A stretch of DNA of 64,000 nucleotides, from NCBI RefSeq assembly GCF_006345805.1, contig NC_043002.1:113150001-113214000 (forward strand). The letters are read 5' to 3'. Both the position numbers and the translations under genes were made by a program. Source of the stretch: Octopus sinensis (taxonomy: Eukaryota). Of the stretch, positions 49,878 to 61,398 are shown piece after piece (the stretch's first letter is position 1; every line of letters starts with the position of its first letter). The notes beneath the pieces were generated by a model. It did no database searches. It was not told the origin of the DNA and worked only from the letters and a program-made list of their open reading frames with translations.

Positions 49878-51389
49878 ATGGCAAGTAAAAAAATGTTTCA
49901 CTCAGACCTCATCGGGTCGGAGCTGTCAACATCTGAAGAAGAACTGTTAAGAACTATCAAAGTTATGGGTAAGGAACTGGAAGGAAGAAATGGGAAGTTC
50001 GAAGACGTCGCCCGAGAATCGGATGATAATGTTGGGATCGAAATGGGGGGAAAAAACAAGAAGTTATTAAGTTGAGATGGTTGCAACGTGCAAGTACCTC
50101 TCCCCCCACCCCCGAAAGAATTAACAAAAATAGTGAAAGGAAGAACGGTGACATACAAAACCTACTTAATTAAGAAGGAAAAAATCGACCATATGACAAC
50201 AGAACAAGTAGAGGAGGCGCTGAGGTCAAACTGGCAAGAAATAACATATCTTGCCAGAGGGTCGATATTCGGAGAAGTTGAGGTCAGGTTCAAGAATGAA
50301 AACACGGCGAAAAAACACTCGGCGACACCACTAAGGAACGAAGAGTTAGTACTTCTACCCACGTACCTGTGACAGAGAGCGTCTCGGGTAAGCGTGAAAA
50401 ATATTCCACCAGAGATAGATGTTACCTGGATAGCAGCTGCTGCCTTGGTTTGTACCGAGGACAAGATAGCCACAAAAACAAAAAGTGTGAATTGGAAAGG
50501 CCAAATCTTGAATATGATTATTCAACGTTCAAAAGAAGCGATAGAAGAAATGGCTGAAACGGTGACAGTGAACGGAACCATTATGAATGTATGGGTAGAG
50601 AGCAGAATCCCTCGCTGTTTTAAATGTGGCCAGAAGGGCCACATAAGAGCGAAATGCCTTCTACCGGATAAAGAAGCTGGGGAAATGCAAGAAGATCCCA
50701 AGAAGAAGCCACAAGAGAAGCCCCAGGATGAGCAAGAGGAGGAGAAAATGGTACCAGTAGAAACAGGAAAAAGAAAAAGAAGAGGAAGAATGGGAAAAAA
50801 CCGGAAAGAGAAAGAAGAGAAAAGAGATAAGTCCAACACATACAGAACTTCACCCTACAACTACCCAAGGCCCACCCATTCCCTCTTTGTCCGACCCTCG
50901 CCCCGCAGACACTAAGCTTTCTCACCCCCCCCCCATCACAAAAACACAAGAAAAGAACACTTTCACACAATGAGTCACAAAGTTCCCCTCCCATTGGCTG
51001 TTTTGCTGTTTGAAAGGGCAATTGGATGGGAGAGCACAGTTCATGTTGATGTAGAGAATGAAGAGTGTAATGGAGTGGTAGGTACGGTTCTGTTAATAAC
51101 GGAACATAAATGGATGGGAATAAAGAGACACAAAGGGAGATGTGAACTGTGGAAAGTAGACTTTAACAAAGAAAAACTACCACAGTTTATAGAATATAAA
51201 GTACTTAAAAAAGGTATGGGGTAGACATAATGGGGAACAGAGAAAAGGAAGCAAGAGATGTTAATTGATGGGACAAGTAACACCATTTTCATTTCACATT
51301 TTTTTTTATCTTTCATTATATTATACGTTTTATGTCCCCAATGTGATGTATGTGCCTCTTTGTTGGCCTGCTGTAGGTAATAAAGAAAT
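49878..51389 (+). mobile_element. ORF1-only (HAL1-like) element: gag-like ORF1 with CCHC knuckle, no ORF2
   Basis: One reading frame from ATG 49878 to 50915 with two TGA stops (50073, 50370); RRM-like GEVEVRF and VSVKNIPPEI; CFKCGQKGHIRAKC; small ORF 50970-51224; ends GGTAATAAAGAAAT. Confidence 0.7.
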
Positions 51390-51510
51390 CAAACATTCTT
51401 GAAAGTTTCATCAGAATCCATCCAGCGGTTCTTCAGATATCTTGTCCACGGACAAACAAGCAAATACGACTGAAACAATACCTCCGCCATAGCGAAGGCA
51501 GAGGTAATAA
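51390..51510 (+). mobile_element. Helentron-associated (HINE/DINE-like) 3' fragment
   Basis: AAAGTTTCATCAGAATCC...GGACAAACAAG; hairpin ACCTCCGCC-N8-GGCAGAGGT (51480-51505) followed by AATAATTTT. Confidence 0.5.
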
Positions 51511-51519
51511 TTTTGACAT

Positions 51520-51720
51520 AAGGCCAGCAGTTTTTTTAAGGGAAGGTATAAGTCGATTACATCGAACCTAGTATTTAACTGGTATTTATTACATCGACGC
51601 TGAAAGAATGAAAGGCACAGTTAAGCTCGGCGGAATTAGAACCCAGAATACGAAGAGCCGCAAGAAATACCATTAAGCCTATTGTCCGAATCGCTGACGA
51701 TTTTACTTGATCGCCGCATT
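51520..51720 (-). mobile_element. degenerate group A SINE
   Basis: AAGTCGATTACATCGAAC...GAAAGAATGAAAGGCACAGTTAAGCTCGGCGGAATT. Confidence 0.8.
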
Positions 51721-52487
51721 AACCTATACTATGTATAAAGAAGAAAGCTGCTTGTTAATTTGTTGGAATTATCTAACTTTTACTACAAGACATTAATTAT
51801 TAAATTCTCCATTGTCAAGATAATTTTTAAAATTCCCAGTGCTAATATATTTTTAACAAAATGTGGTTAGGACGTTACTTTTCAATGAAACGATTAATTT
51901 TAATTCGCTGCCGTTGTGTTTTGCTTTTTTTTTTTAATCATAAAATGCGAGATATCATTGTTTTAGTGCCTTCTCTCCCTTTTTCCATCTCTTTCGTTTA
52001 TATATTTCCAATAATTAATCCCTTTGCTGAAACCTCCACTATTCATGCTATCGTAGTTCGTATAATAAACAAGAATGAAAAAAAAGTATGATTTCTTATC
52101 TCTGTACACTTGTAGTTGTGTGTTTATATAAGTTAGGATATTAATACGTTTTACTATTAATATTTTAGTGAAAATAGATATGCAACGGAAAAGAAATAAA
52201 TTAAGACCAATAGTAAATTTTTCAATATGATTTTTTCCCTGTAGATCCCATAACATTTTTATGATACCTTTAAAAATAAAAAAAAAGCACGTTCAACATC
52301 TGAGATTCTGAGTTTGCAATATTTTTAAAATAAAATCATGATTTTTTCTTTATTTTAGTAACAAGCTAGCGATCGAAATATATATTATACAAAACAAACT
52401 GTATTAATACGCATACGCTTTAAAGGCAAGCGAATACATTTATAAACATCATATATTCCAGCACAATTTTACAAAAAATATAGATAT

Positions 52488-52865
52488 AGACGCAGGCGTG
52501 GCCTTATGGTAAGAAGTTTGCATCCCAACCACATGGTTCTGGATTCAGTTCCATTGCGTGGCACCTAGGGCAAGTGTCTTCTAGAATAGCCTCGGGCCGA
52601 CCAAAGCCTCGTGAGTTTATTTGGTAGACGGAGACTGAAACATGACCGTCATATATGTATGTGTGTGTGTGTGTATTTAGCTCTGTGTTTGACAACCGGT
52701 GTTGTTGGGTTCACGACCCTGTAACTTAGCAACTCGCAAACAAAACTGATAAAGTGTCAGGCTTTTAAAAAGTACTGCGGTCGATTCGTTCGACTAAAAA
52801 TTCTTCAAGCCGGTGCCCCAGCATGGCTGCAGTCTAATGACTGAAACAAGTTTAAAATAAAAGAT
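52488..52865 (+). mobile_element. group B SINE, diverged
   Basis: GACGCAGGCGTGGCCTTATGGTAAG; tail ATGACTGAAACAAG. Confidence 0.88.
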
Positions 52866-52958
52866 ATAAGTTACACTTTAAAGGTGACTTTTTCAACTTT
52901 GACTAACGAAGTGAACGCTCAACACTCTTTCTAGATCATTTACACACATGTACATAAC

Positions 52959-53285
52959 ACATGACTCAGTGGTTAGAGCTTTGGTCTTACAATCTTGACT
53001 GTATGAGTTCGATTTCTGTACCAAGTTGTGTGTTGTGCTGTTGAGCATGACACTTTATTTCACGTTGCAACAGTTCACTCAGCTGTAGAAATGAGCTGCG
53101 ATGTCACTGGCAAAGTTGTATCGGCCTTTGCCTTTCCCTTGGACAAAATCGGTGCCCTGAAGAGGGGAGATTAATATGAATGGGCGATCGCTGATCTTCC
53201 ACAAACAGCGTTGCTCGGATTTGTACCACGAAGGAGAACTTGCTTGATGCAATCCCTTGGTCATTCGGGACTGAAGTGAGGTCTT
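52959..53285 (+). mobile_element. group C SINE, diverged paralog of 6281-6620
   Basis: ATGACTCAGTGGTTAGAGC; TTTATTTCACGTTGC; CAGCTGTAGAAATGAG. Confidence 0.85.
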
Positions 53286-53908
53286 TAACATGACGCATAA
53301 ACAAAACACAGGAATCACACTTTATTTGCCACAAATGCGATGAACATTTGAGGAAGGAGTTGAGAGGTGATCTGAAATCGATTTGAAATTACTCCCGGAA
53401 GAATTTTTAGCTCCCCACCCCTTAATCTGAATGCAATTTCAAGTTACCTGGAGGTCAGCTGAATGGGTCGAGGAAATCCAAAATTGCTACATCGGCAAAA
53501 TTTGAAAAAAAATATCAAAAGGAATTTGTTGGTATGGCTGTTTTGTATGTCATAGGCCTTACCTACGTGACTCCTGGTATTTCTATCGTAATAAACGACC
53601 ACATAATGGATGTAATACCTTTGAGTTTGTTTAGAAGAGAGATATTAAGACTGCGATAAAATAATGTAAAAAATATTTACTGAGCAAGTGAATACTATGA
53701 ACCCCTTCAATTACTATTTTATTCCCGTCGACTTCCCCCATAGCGACTCGATGTTTAAAAACCAAATTTATAAATACTTCTTTCAAGATTCATATTTTGT
53801 TATTTACACACTCACTTGTATATATTGAACTATGTAAAATGTTAGAGAAAGAAGCTCAGCTGTTTCTTGCGATGGATACATTTGAATCAAAACTTTTCAG
53901 AGACCCTG

Positions 53909-54214
53909 AAACCGGGTATCTTATAGTCGTGATTCATATCGAGCCCTTCTGGGTATTAGCGCGCGTCTACGATGAGTCTACGATTTTTAAAAAGATATAC
54001 CATCACTTTTTTCCATTTTAATGCATTTTTGGCATATATATAAGGAAAGTAACTCTCTAAAAATTTATTATTAAATCTCAGAACGTAAAAAGCTTCAGTA
54101 ACACCCCCCTTTGTGGTTAGCCATATTGAGGTGGCTATTATACTTTACATCTCTAAAAACGCTTATATAGTTATTTCCCTTACAAACCCGAGCAACGCCG
54201 GGCGATACTGCTAG
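53909..54214 (+). mobile_element. non-autonomous Helitron, 5'-truncated
   Basis: Homologous to 57087-57390; 3' hairpin CCCGAGCAACGCCGGG then CTAG|T. Confidence 0.85.
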
Positions 54215-56995
54215 TAATAAATAAATTATAAACGACCAGGAGAAAACCGCCTAGAATCTTTTGTGCTCGTAATAATATTAAATGTTTTTTTCTCATATGT
54301 TAAGACGACTGAGATCGAGTGACTCTCATGACGGGAGTCGAAACTGGTATACAGTGTAGACCAGGTTAGAGTTTTCTCTAACTCTACAGCTCTCTCCAGG
54401 CCTAAAACACAAATAAAACAACCAACATGGCCACTACCACCCTCGGTCAAAATAACTGAAAGTACGCGGCGGTGCATCGCGAAAATTTATTTAATTAGCC
54501 TTTGGCAATATGGCTTTTAAATCATGTACTGGTCACTAGGGGCAATTTCAGAAACTCCATTTCAACCTCTGTGATCATTACTTTAACCTTTTTTTGAATT
54601 ATTCCAAATTTTATAAACTGGTTGTTCAACAAAGAGAATTGGCCACGTGACAAGTTGAAGAAAGAGCGCGTTAATATTTTCAGCAACAGCTGATCATTAT
54701 CTCTTCACACATATGTAAAGTGGTTGGCATGAAACACTGACCTCTTTCTGTTTAAATTTGACCTGACCAATCCGTACCGTGACCGAAAAAGATGCTTGAA
54801 ATGCTGTTGTTATTGTTGATGGTGGTGATGATGATGATGATGATGATCACCACGACGACGATGACGACGCTACGGCTGCGGTGGCGGTGGCGATAACATT
54901 GGTTATGATAATGACAACTACGACGACTACAACGATGATGATGATGCGTGTCATGAGAATTCTAATTAAAATATACAATAGATATCTTGGATTATTTTCA
55001 AGTTGAAGAGCAAAGCGTTGCTATTAATGTCATGCATAGACACAAAACCAATAAACCAATGTTTTCTCATAAACAAGTAGGTACGGCCTACTCTCAATAT
55101 ATTCCAGGCATTTTTCTATAACCTCGGTAGAATGTCAACTGTGGCCGGTGGCCATGAATCTAAACACGCTAAGGTATTAAGTTCGGTGATATACGTGATA
55201 CTGAACAAACTCTGCGAGCCCTTATAGATGACCGTGTATATTCTATATTTCGATCAAATAAATCAATTAGGGTTTGTTTGTTTTTAAAGTATATTTAGTT
55301 ATAAAATAAAGTGGTGCAAAAATGATCATTACAGACAGTTCTTACCCCGATGATGTTAATAGTGTTAAGGTTCGGGTTAAGTTCATGTAGGGGTAAAAAG
55401 TGGTAAGTCATAGATGGATACAATAGTAGGTACGAAGAGTTCAGTGAATTGTTCATCCTGGGCTAAAGGGTGTGATAATTGGAGGTGTGCTCTGGCAGAG
55501 CTTGGATGGAGTGGGCGAGGCTTTCTGTCCTGAATTAATACACTTTCGGTCTGAAAAATCAGAGCTTTACTTTATCAGAACAAACCTCCAAACAATACGT
55601 CCACCTCTACCCAAACTCTCCCAGCACAAGTCTCCTCTGTTTATCATCCGTGCTCTGTCACATCTCCTACCCACAAGATAAGCACTTCGCTAAATCCTAC
55701 TCATTCTCTATAGCAACTCTCTATAACCCAACACTACATACCCCGGCATTACCTTGCAGAAATTCAAACTGAACCGTAACACCATTTACATTAGCAATAT
55801 AGGGAAAACCTGCAATGTCATGGGTCTCACAACTTATAAATAACTAAATATAAGTTTTAAAATCTCAATAACTTATTTGACTAATTTCATCAAAGTATAA
55901 TTTTAAAACTGTCACTCATAAGGTTTCACAGAGATTGTCCAGTATCACAGAGGCCGCTGTGCTAAATAATTTAGTGCATTAGGTTCTTAGAGTATTAGGT
56001 CCTTAAACTCATTTCGTTTTCCTTTGTTTTATCAGGCGGGATTTAGGGGAGATTTGACTTCTGGTTGTAGCTGATCGAGCGATTACGTTGGGATTTCCGC
56101 GTCGGTTCGTTGCCAGAAAAATTGTTGTAGTCTCGATAGAAGGGACATAGAGAAAAAACTGGGTTTTTTTTTATTCTATGAGTCTTCCAATCAGCTGAAG
56201 TGCCTTTTATACTTTCATTAGATATGGTCCTAAGCATGTATATCACTTAAGCTTAGTTGAGAGTTGGATTTGGCAGTAATATATATATTTGATCATCCAA
56301 GATTATGATTCCTAAGATTTATGGAAACTTTAATGGTTTTAGCTTTGATTTGTTCATGTTTAGGTTGGATCATGTTCAAGATTCTTTCCTCGATATCGGC
56401 AACAGTAGTATTCTTAACGCAGTTGACAGATTAATTTCTCTTTTCCTAACGGTTATGTAGTCACCAGTAGTGAAACTAACTGAATCTATCTAAGACATAG
56501 AATTTATATTTCATTACAGATAAACATAGCAAAATGTCGAAATTGTGGAATCATTTGAATAAAAAATACCACGCTTTCGAATTTTCAAGTACTAATATTG
56601 CTGAATACATGATTAAAGTAATTTCACGTTAATAACTAAGTATCATGATTAGTAAATTAGGTGACTTATTTACCATCATATCAAATTATGCATTTTTTGT
56701 TGTTGTTGCACTGATACTTTGCTGATCCGGATTGCTATTCCTTTTACGTGGAGGTTTCCAAGATGGGATCTATCACCAGATCCTGCTATGACCAGGTAAC
56801 ATCGTAAGCTGCTCTGAATTTTAATTTAAAAAAGAAAAAAGCCTAATTTAATAAGTTAGATAATTTTTCCTTCCTCTGCACAAAACTCCGTGGACTTAGG
56901 TTCAACCTTGAACCGAGCCACCACTTCTCACTGATATACGCGCGTGCGTGTGTGTGTATGTGTGCGCGCGTGCGTGTGTGAGTGTGTGTGTTTAA

Positions 56996-57390
56996 TCTTT
57001 AAATATAAAAGTGAGGTTGTGTGCTGTCTGTCTCCCACGATTTAGATTCCTAACTACTCCCACATTTTGCGGTGCAGTTTAACCAAAACCGGGTATCTTA
57101 TAGTCGTGATTCATATCGAGCCCTTCTGGGTATTAGCGCGCGTCTACAATGAGTCTACGATTTTAAAAATAATTTACCATCAATTTTTCCCATTTTTAAT
57201 GCATTTTTCGCATATATAAGGGAAGTAATTCTCTAAAAATGTATTATTAAATCTCAGAACGTAAAAAGCTACAGTAACACCCCCCTTTGTGGTTAACCAT
57301 ATTGAGATGGCTATTATACTTTACATCTCTAAAAATGCTTATATAGTTATTTCCCTTACAAACCCGAGCAACGCCGGGCGATACTGCTAG
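56996..57390 (+). mobile_element. full-length non-autonomous Helitron (395 bp)
   Basis: A|TC 5' end; subterminal hairpin 57363-57378; CTAG|T 3' end; no TSD. Confidence 0.9.
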
Positions 57391-59460
57391 TTTAGCTCTA
57401 AAACATAAAGCTCTTCATCTCTGTCTCTAACGCAGCTTTACTATTCAGACGTCCTTCTTTATTCTAACTTCTTCCATAAAGGAACGTATTCTTTTGCATA
57501 GAATCCATTCTTCTCACGTGTGTCTCTCACTTAAGCACCTAGTTTCTCAGTTTCTTTCTTCTTCATTCAGCTAAAATCGTCTGCTCTTTATATTGATCTC
57601 GATAATATTCTAACCAGCAAAATTAATTTTGTTCACATCCTTTAGCATTACATCTTAATAAGGAAAAGCGTGATGCTCTGTGAATTCATTGTCCTGCTGA
57701 CATGAATACACATAATTATTCCTGCTCCTTGCGTCTATCCACAGATTACTGCCGCGAAATGTCTGAGCTAATTAGTCTCTTCACATACTCGTAACTTTGT
57801 AGACATACCTACTCTACAAGCACTTTGTAAACCAACCTAGCCATACAACCTCAATTTCTGTATCTATCGGATAGTCTCATCTCTGTCTAATCAAGATAAT
57901 GAAGCCCACATCATCCTGTTCCGGAACAAGTCAGTAAACTGGGCAAACTGTGTCTGTTATATGCTGATTGTATTCAATCAGCAACCCTTTCTCAATTTCT
58001 CACTTAAGAAGATAATTGATATTATCTTCTTAATTGTGTCATTTTACAGCCTTCTCATTGGTTCTTTTCCAGCTGTACAAGTAAAGATCACTGCTGACAA
58101 AATATAAAAGAATTTGTTCTATATCACTGGTTGAAAAGGGGTCTTTTTAACCATTGGAACATCTTTGCCTTCACGTATCATGTAGCTTAAAAGAATTTTT
58201 ATTTCTCAATTTAACAAGAAGTAGATTGCCGTGAGGATCACAACTAGCTTCGCAGAGATGGTTCTGAAGTATGATTGCTTCAGCTAAAGCTATTACATGT
58301 TCAATCCAAACTCCCAACTCTCAAAAACTTCCGCTTTAAATTCTAACTCCAGCTCTATCCTCACCACGCTCATAAAAATCTTTCTAACTTATAGAAACAT
58401 GCCACCTTCACCCGCGCTTGGGTTAGATTATCTCTCTAGTTAAATTATTCGTGTATAGCATCCAATATTATTCTCATCGGGCTACTGCGATGCAGTCCAA
58501 AACCTCAGCAATAACTTTGACTCGTATTCCAACACCACAACCCATACCACCAACATTATAACTATCATTGATGCTATGTAATTGCTCAGTCTACAACAGT
58601 TCACATTCCACTATTTTAGATGATATACTCTATCTACAAAATAGACGAGATGCTCACTCTTTGGTCATAAATTTGCTCGGTCAGACAATAACGAAACACA
58701 AAATCCTAACAAATACTAACAACAATACCACCAGCGATCTCACGACAAAGCCTCTACGAATCATTCGACCTACCAGAAAAAGCAGCTAAGTCCCCCTCAA
58801 AATATATATCCTGCTGTCTTAAAAATAGGGCATATTTAATAAAAGTACTTCAAGGTAAGCTGTTTATTGAAAATCATGCTCTATCGTCTTAAAAAAAAAA
58901 AGCACTCATAGGATTATGTAGTTTCCGGTGCACGATACGCAAGAAAAATAACAGGATGGCCATTGTCCGAATGCCTATGGTCAGAGGCCTGCTAGACCTG
59001 GGTCTAAGCAATAGCAAGAACAAAGAAATTATGTCCTCAAATGTTCAGGTTGTCTGTCATTTTTAGTATTTTTGTTTCTAAGCGTGTATTCAGTGTAGAT
59101 TTTATTATGAAGCGTAGTGTATTATATTTCAAATCGTCCTCGACTGAGCAGAGGCCTCCTCCACATGCAACTTCCAGTATGCAATAAAACAAAATAGGAA
59201 ACAATATAGTTGGCAAATATGCGATCTATGCTGTTTTATCAAATTAGTCTTTCGTATCAAATAAAAGCAAGATCATTTGACAATGTGGTCCTAGATACGC
59301 AAAAAGAAAGGATAACCATGACGACGGAACTATCTTTAATCATGTTCGCTGGATCTCAAATTAGACATGGCAAAGCATCAGCAACAAGAAACAAAATTGC
59401 TATCTCAATTCTAAAGTACAAATATGATTGAAATACTAAGTGAACAAATACATACAGACA

Positions 59461-59851
59461 GATGGATGGAAGCACTCCGTCGGTTACGACGATGAGGGTT
59501 CCGGTTGATCCGAATCAACGGAACAGCCTGCTCGTGAAATTAACGTGTAAGTGGCTGAGCACTCCACAGACACGTGCACCCTTAACGTAGTTCTCGGGGA
59601 TATTCAGCGTGACACAGAGAGTGACAAGGCCGGCCCCTTGAAATACAGGTACAACAGAAACAGGAAGTCAAGAGTGAGAGAAAGTTGTGGTGAAAGAGTA
59701 CAGCAGCGATCACCACCATTTCCTGCCGGAGCCTCGTGGAGCTTTTAAGTGTTTTCGCTCAATAAACACTCACAACGCCCGGTCTAGGAATCGAAACCGC
59801 GATCCTATGACCGCGAGTCCGCTGCCCTAACTACTGGGCCATTGCGCCTCC
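59461..59851 (-). mobile_element. young group C SINE
   Basis: Close copy of 34391-34775; (CCAT)-type tail; 12-bp TSD TACATACAGACA at 59449-59460 and 59852-59863. Confidence 0.95.
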
Positions 59852-59929
59852 TACATACAGACAACAACACACAAGAAAGTAGACATTTAATATATATGCA
59901 CAAAGCATATTATTGTTAGCTTTATCATT

Positions 59930-60290
59930 GGTGCAGGCATAGCTGTGTGGTTAAGACGCTTGCTTTTCAACCTCTTAGTTTGGGGTTCGGTTCCACAGCG
60001 TGACAACTAGCGCAAGTGTTTTTTACAAGTGTCCCGAGCCAACCGATATCGTATGAGAGGAATTTAGTAGAGAGAAACTATTTGAAAGCCTCTCATGTGT
60101 GTGACCCCCGCCCCAACCGCTTGATTACCGGTATTGATTTGCTTACATCCCCTTAACTTAGCTGTTCGGCAAAAGAGATCCGTTAGAATAAGTGTCAACT
60201 TAAAAATAAGTTGAGGTTGATGTGTTCGACTTCAAGGCGGTGTCTAAGCATGGTCGCAATCTAATGACTGAAACAAGTAAAAGATAAAAG
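59930..60290 (+). mobile_element. group B SINE, diverged
   Basis: GGTGCAGGCATAGCTGTGTGGTTAAG; tail ATGACTGAAACAAGTAAAAG. Confidence 0.85.
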
Positions 60291-61028
60291 CGACCAAAAC
60301 CTTGAGTGTAAAACTTACTAGACAAAAACTACATCAAAGCTTGCTAGAGGGGCATTTCCTGATTTTTACGTTGAAGACTTAATCTTTTCTCCTGTTTAGC
60401 ATATATGACAACAACACTTAACCACATGCCCAAACACCATCATTGAGAGAAACTAGATAACGTACTGAATCCTAGTCAAAACCATAAGACAGATAGAAGC
60501 ACAACCATCGTTGTGTGGTTAAGAACATCACTTCACAACAGCGTTGTTTCAGGTTCAATCTTGCTACGCGCGATTTGGTAACTTCTTTCTTCAATGGTCT
60601 CGAGGTGGTCAAAATTTTGAGTGGGAAAAGTATGCTGTACGTAAACTGCATAAAAACTTGCCAGATTTTTACGTGGAAGGCTTTATCCTTTCCTACGGCT
60701 TAGCATCACCGTTTGGTCTATGATAACCTTTCAGCAAAATCCACACTATTGCAACATTTTCGCAATATGTATCAGATCGGAAGATGACTGCTTTACACCA
60801 ATACCAGAGACCTTGAAATCTGTCGAAGGCGCTGTGCTCTCTCTCTCTCTCTTTCCCTTATCTCACCCTCTCTCTCTCTCCTTCTCTCTCTCCCCCTCTC
60901 CCCCTCTCTCTCTCTAAATAAACTATAATATAATTTTAAATAAAAATACTGGAAGAGACACTATTTCACCAGAAACAAACTTTATTTCTTGTACAACTCC
61001 TACTACAACAAACAAAAAGCAATAACTT

Positions 61029-61398
61029 CAGGCGTGGCTGTGTGGTAAGAACCTTGCTTCCCAATCAAATGGGTCCGGGTTCAGTCCCACTGCGTGGCAC
61101 TTTTGGCAAGCGTTTTCTATTTTAAACTTGGGCCGACCAAAGCCTTGTGAGTGGATTTAGTAGATGGAAACAGAAGAAAGCCCGTCGTATATGTGTGTGT
61201 GTCTTTGTGTCTGTTTGTCGACCGATTTTGGTGTGTTTGCGTCCCCGTAACAAAGCGGGCCGGCAAAAAGAGTAAGCCGATAGAGTAAGTACCAAGTTTA
61301 AAAAACAAAATAATTACTCGGGTCGATTTTCAATGAAAATTCTTCAAGACGGTGCCCCAGCATGCCGCGGTCTAATGACTGAACCTAGATAAAAGATA
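61029..61398 (+). mobile_element. group B SINE, diverged
   Basis: CAGGCGTGGCTGTGTGGTAAG; CAGTCCCACTGCGTGGCAC; CTAATGACTGAA. Confidence 0.87.

Noticed and set aside
50073-50372. Two in-frame TGA codons as selenocysteine or programmed read-through
   Set aside because: Single substitutions (for example CGA or GGA to TGA) in a decaying TE explain them; no SECIS-like evidence was identified.
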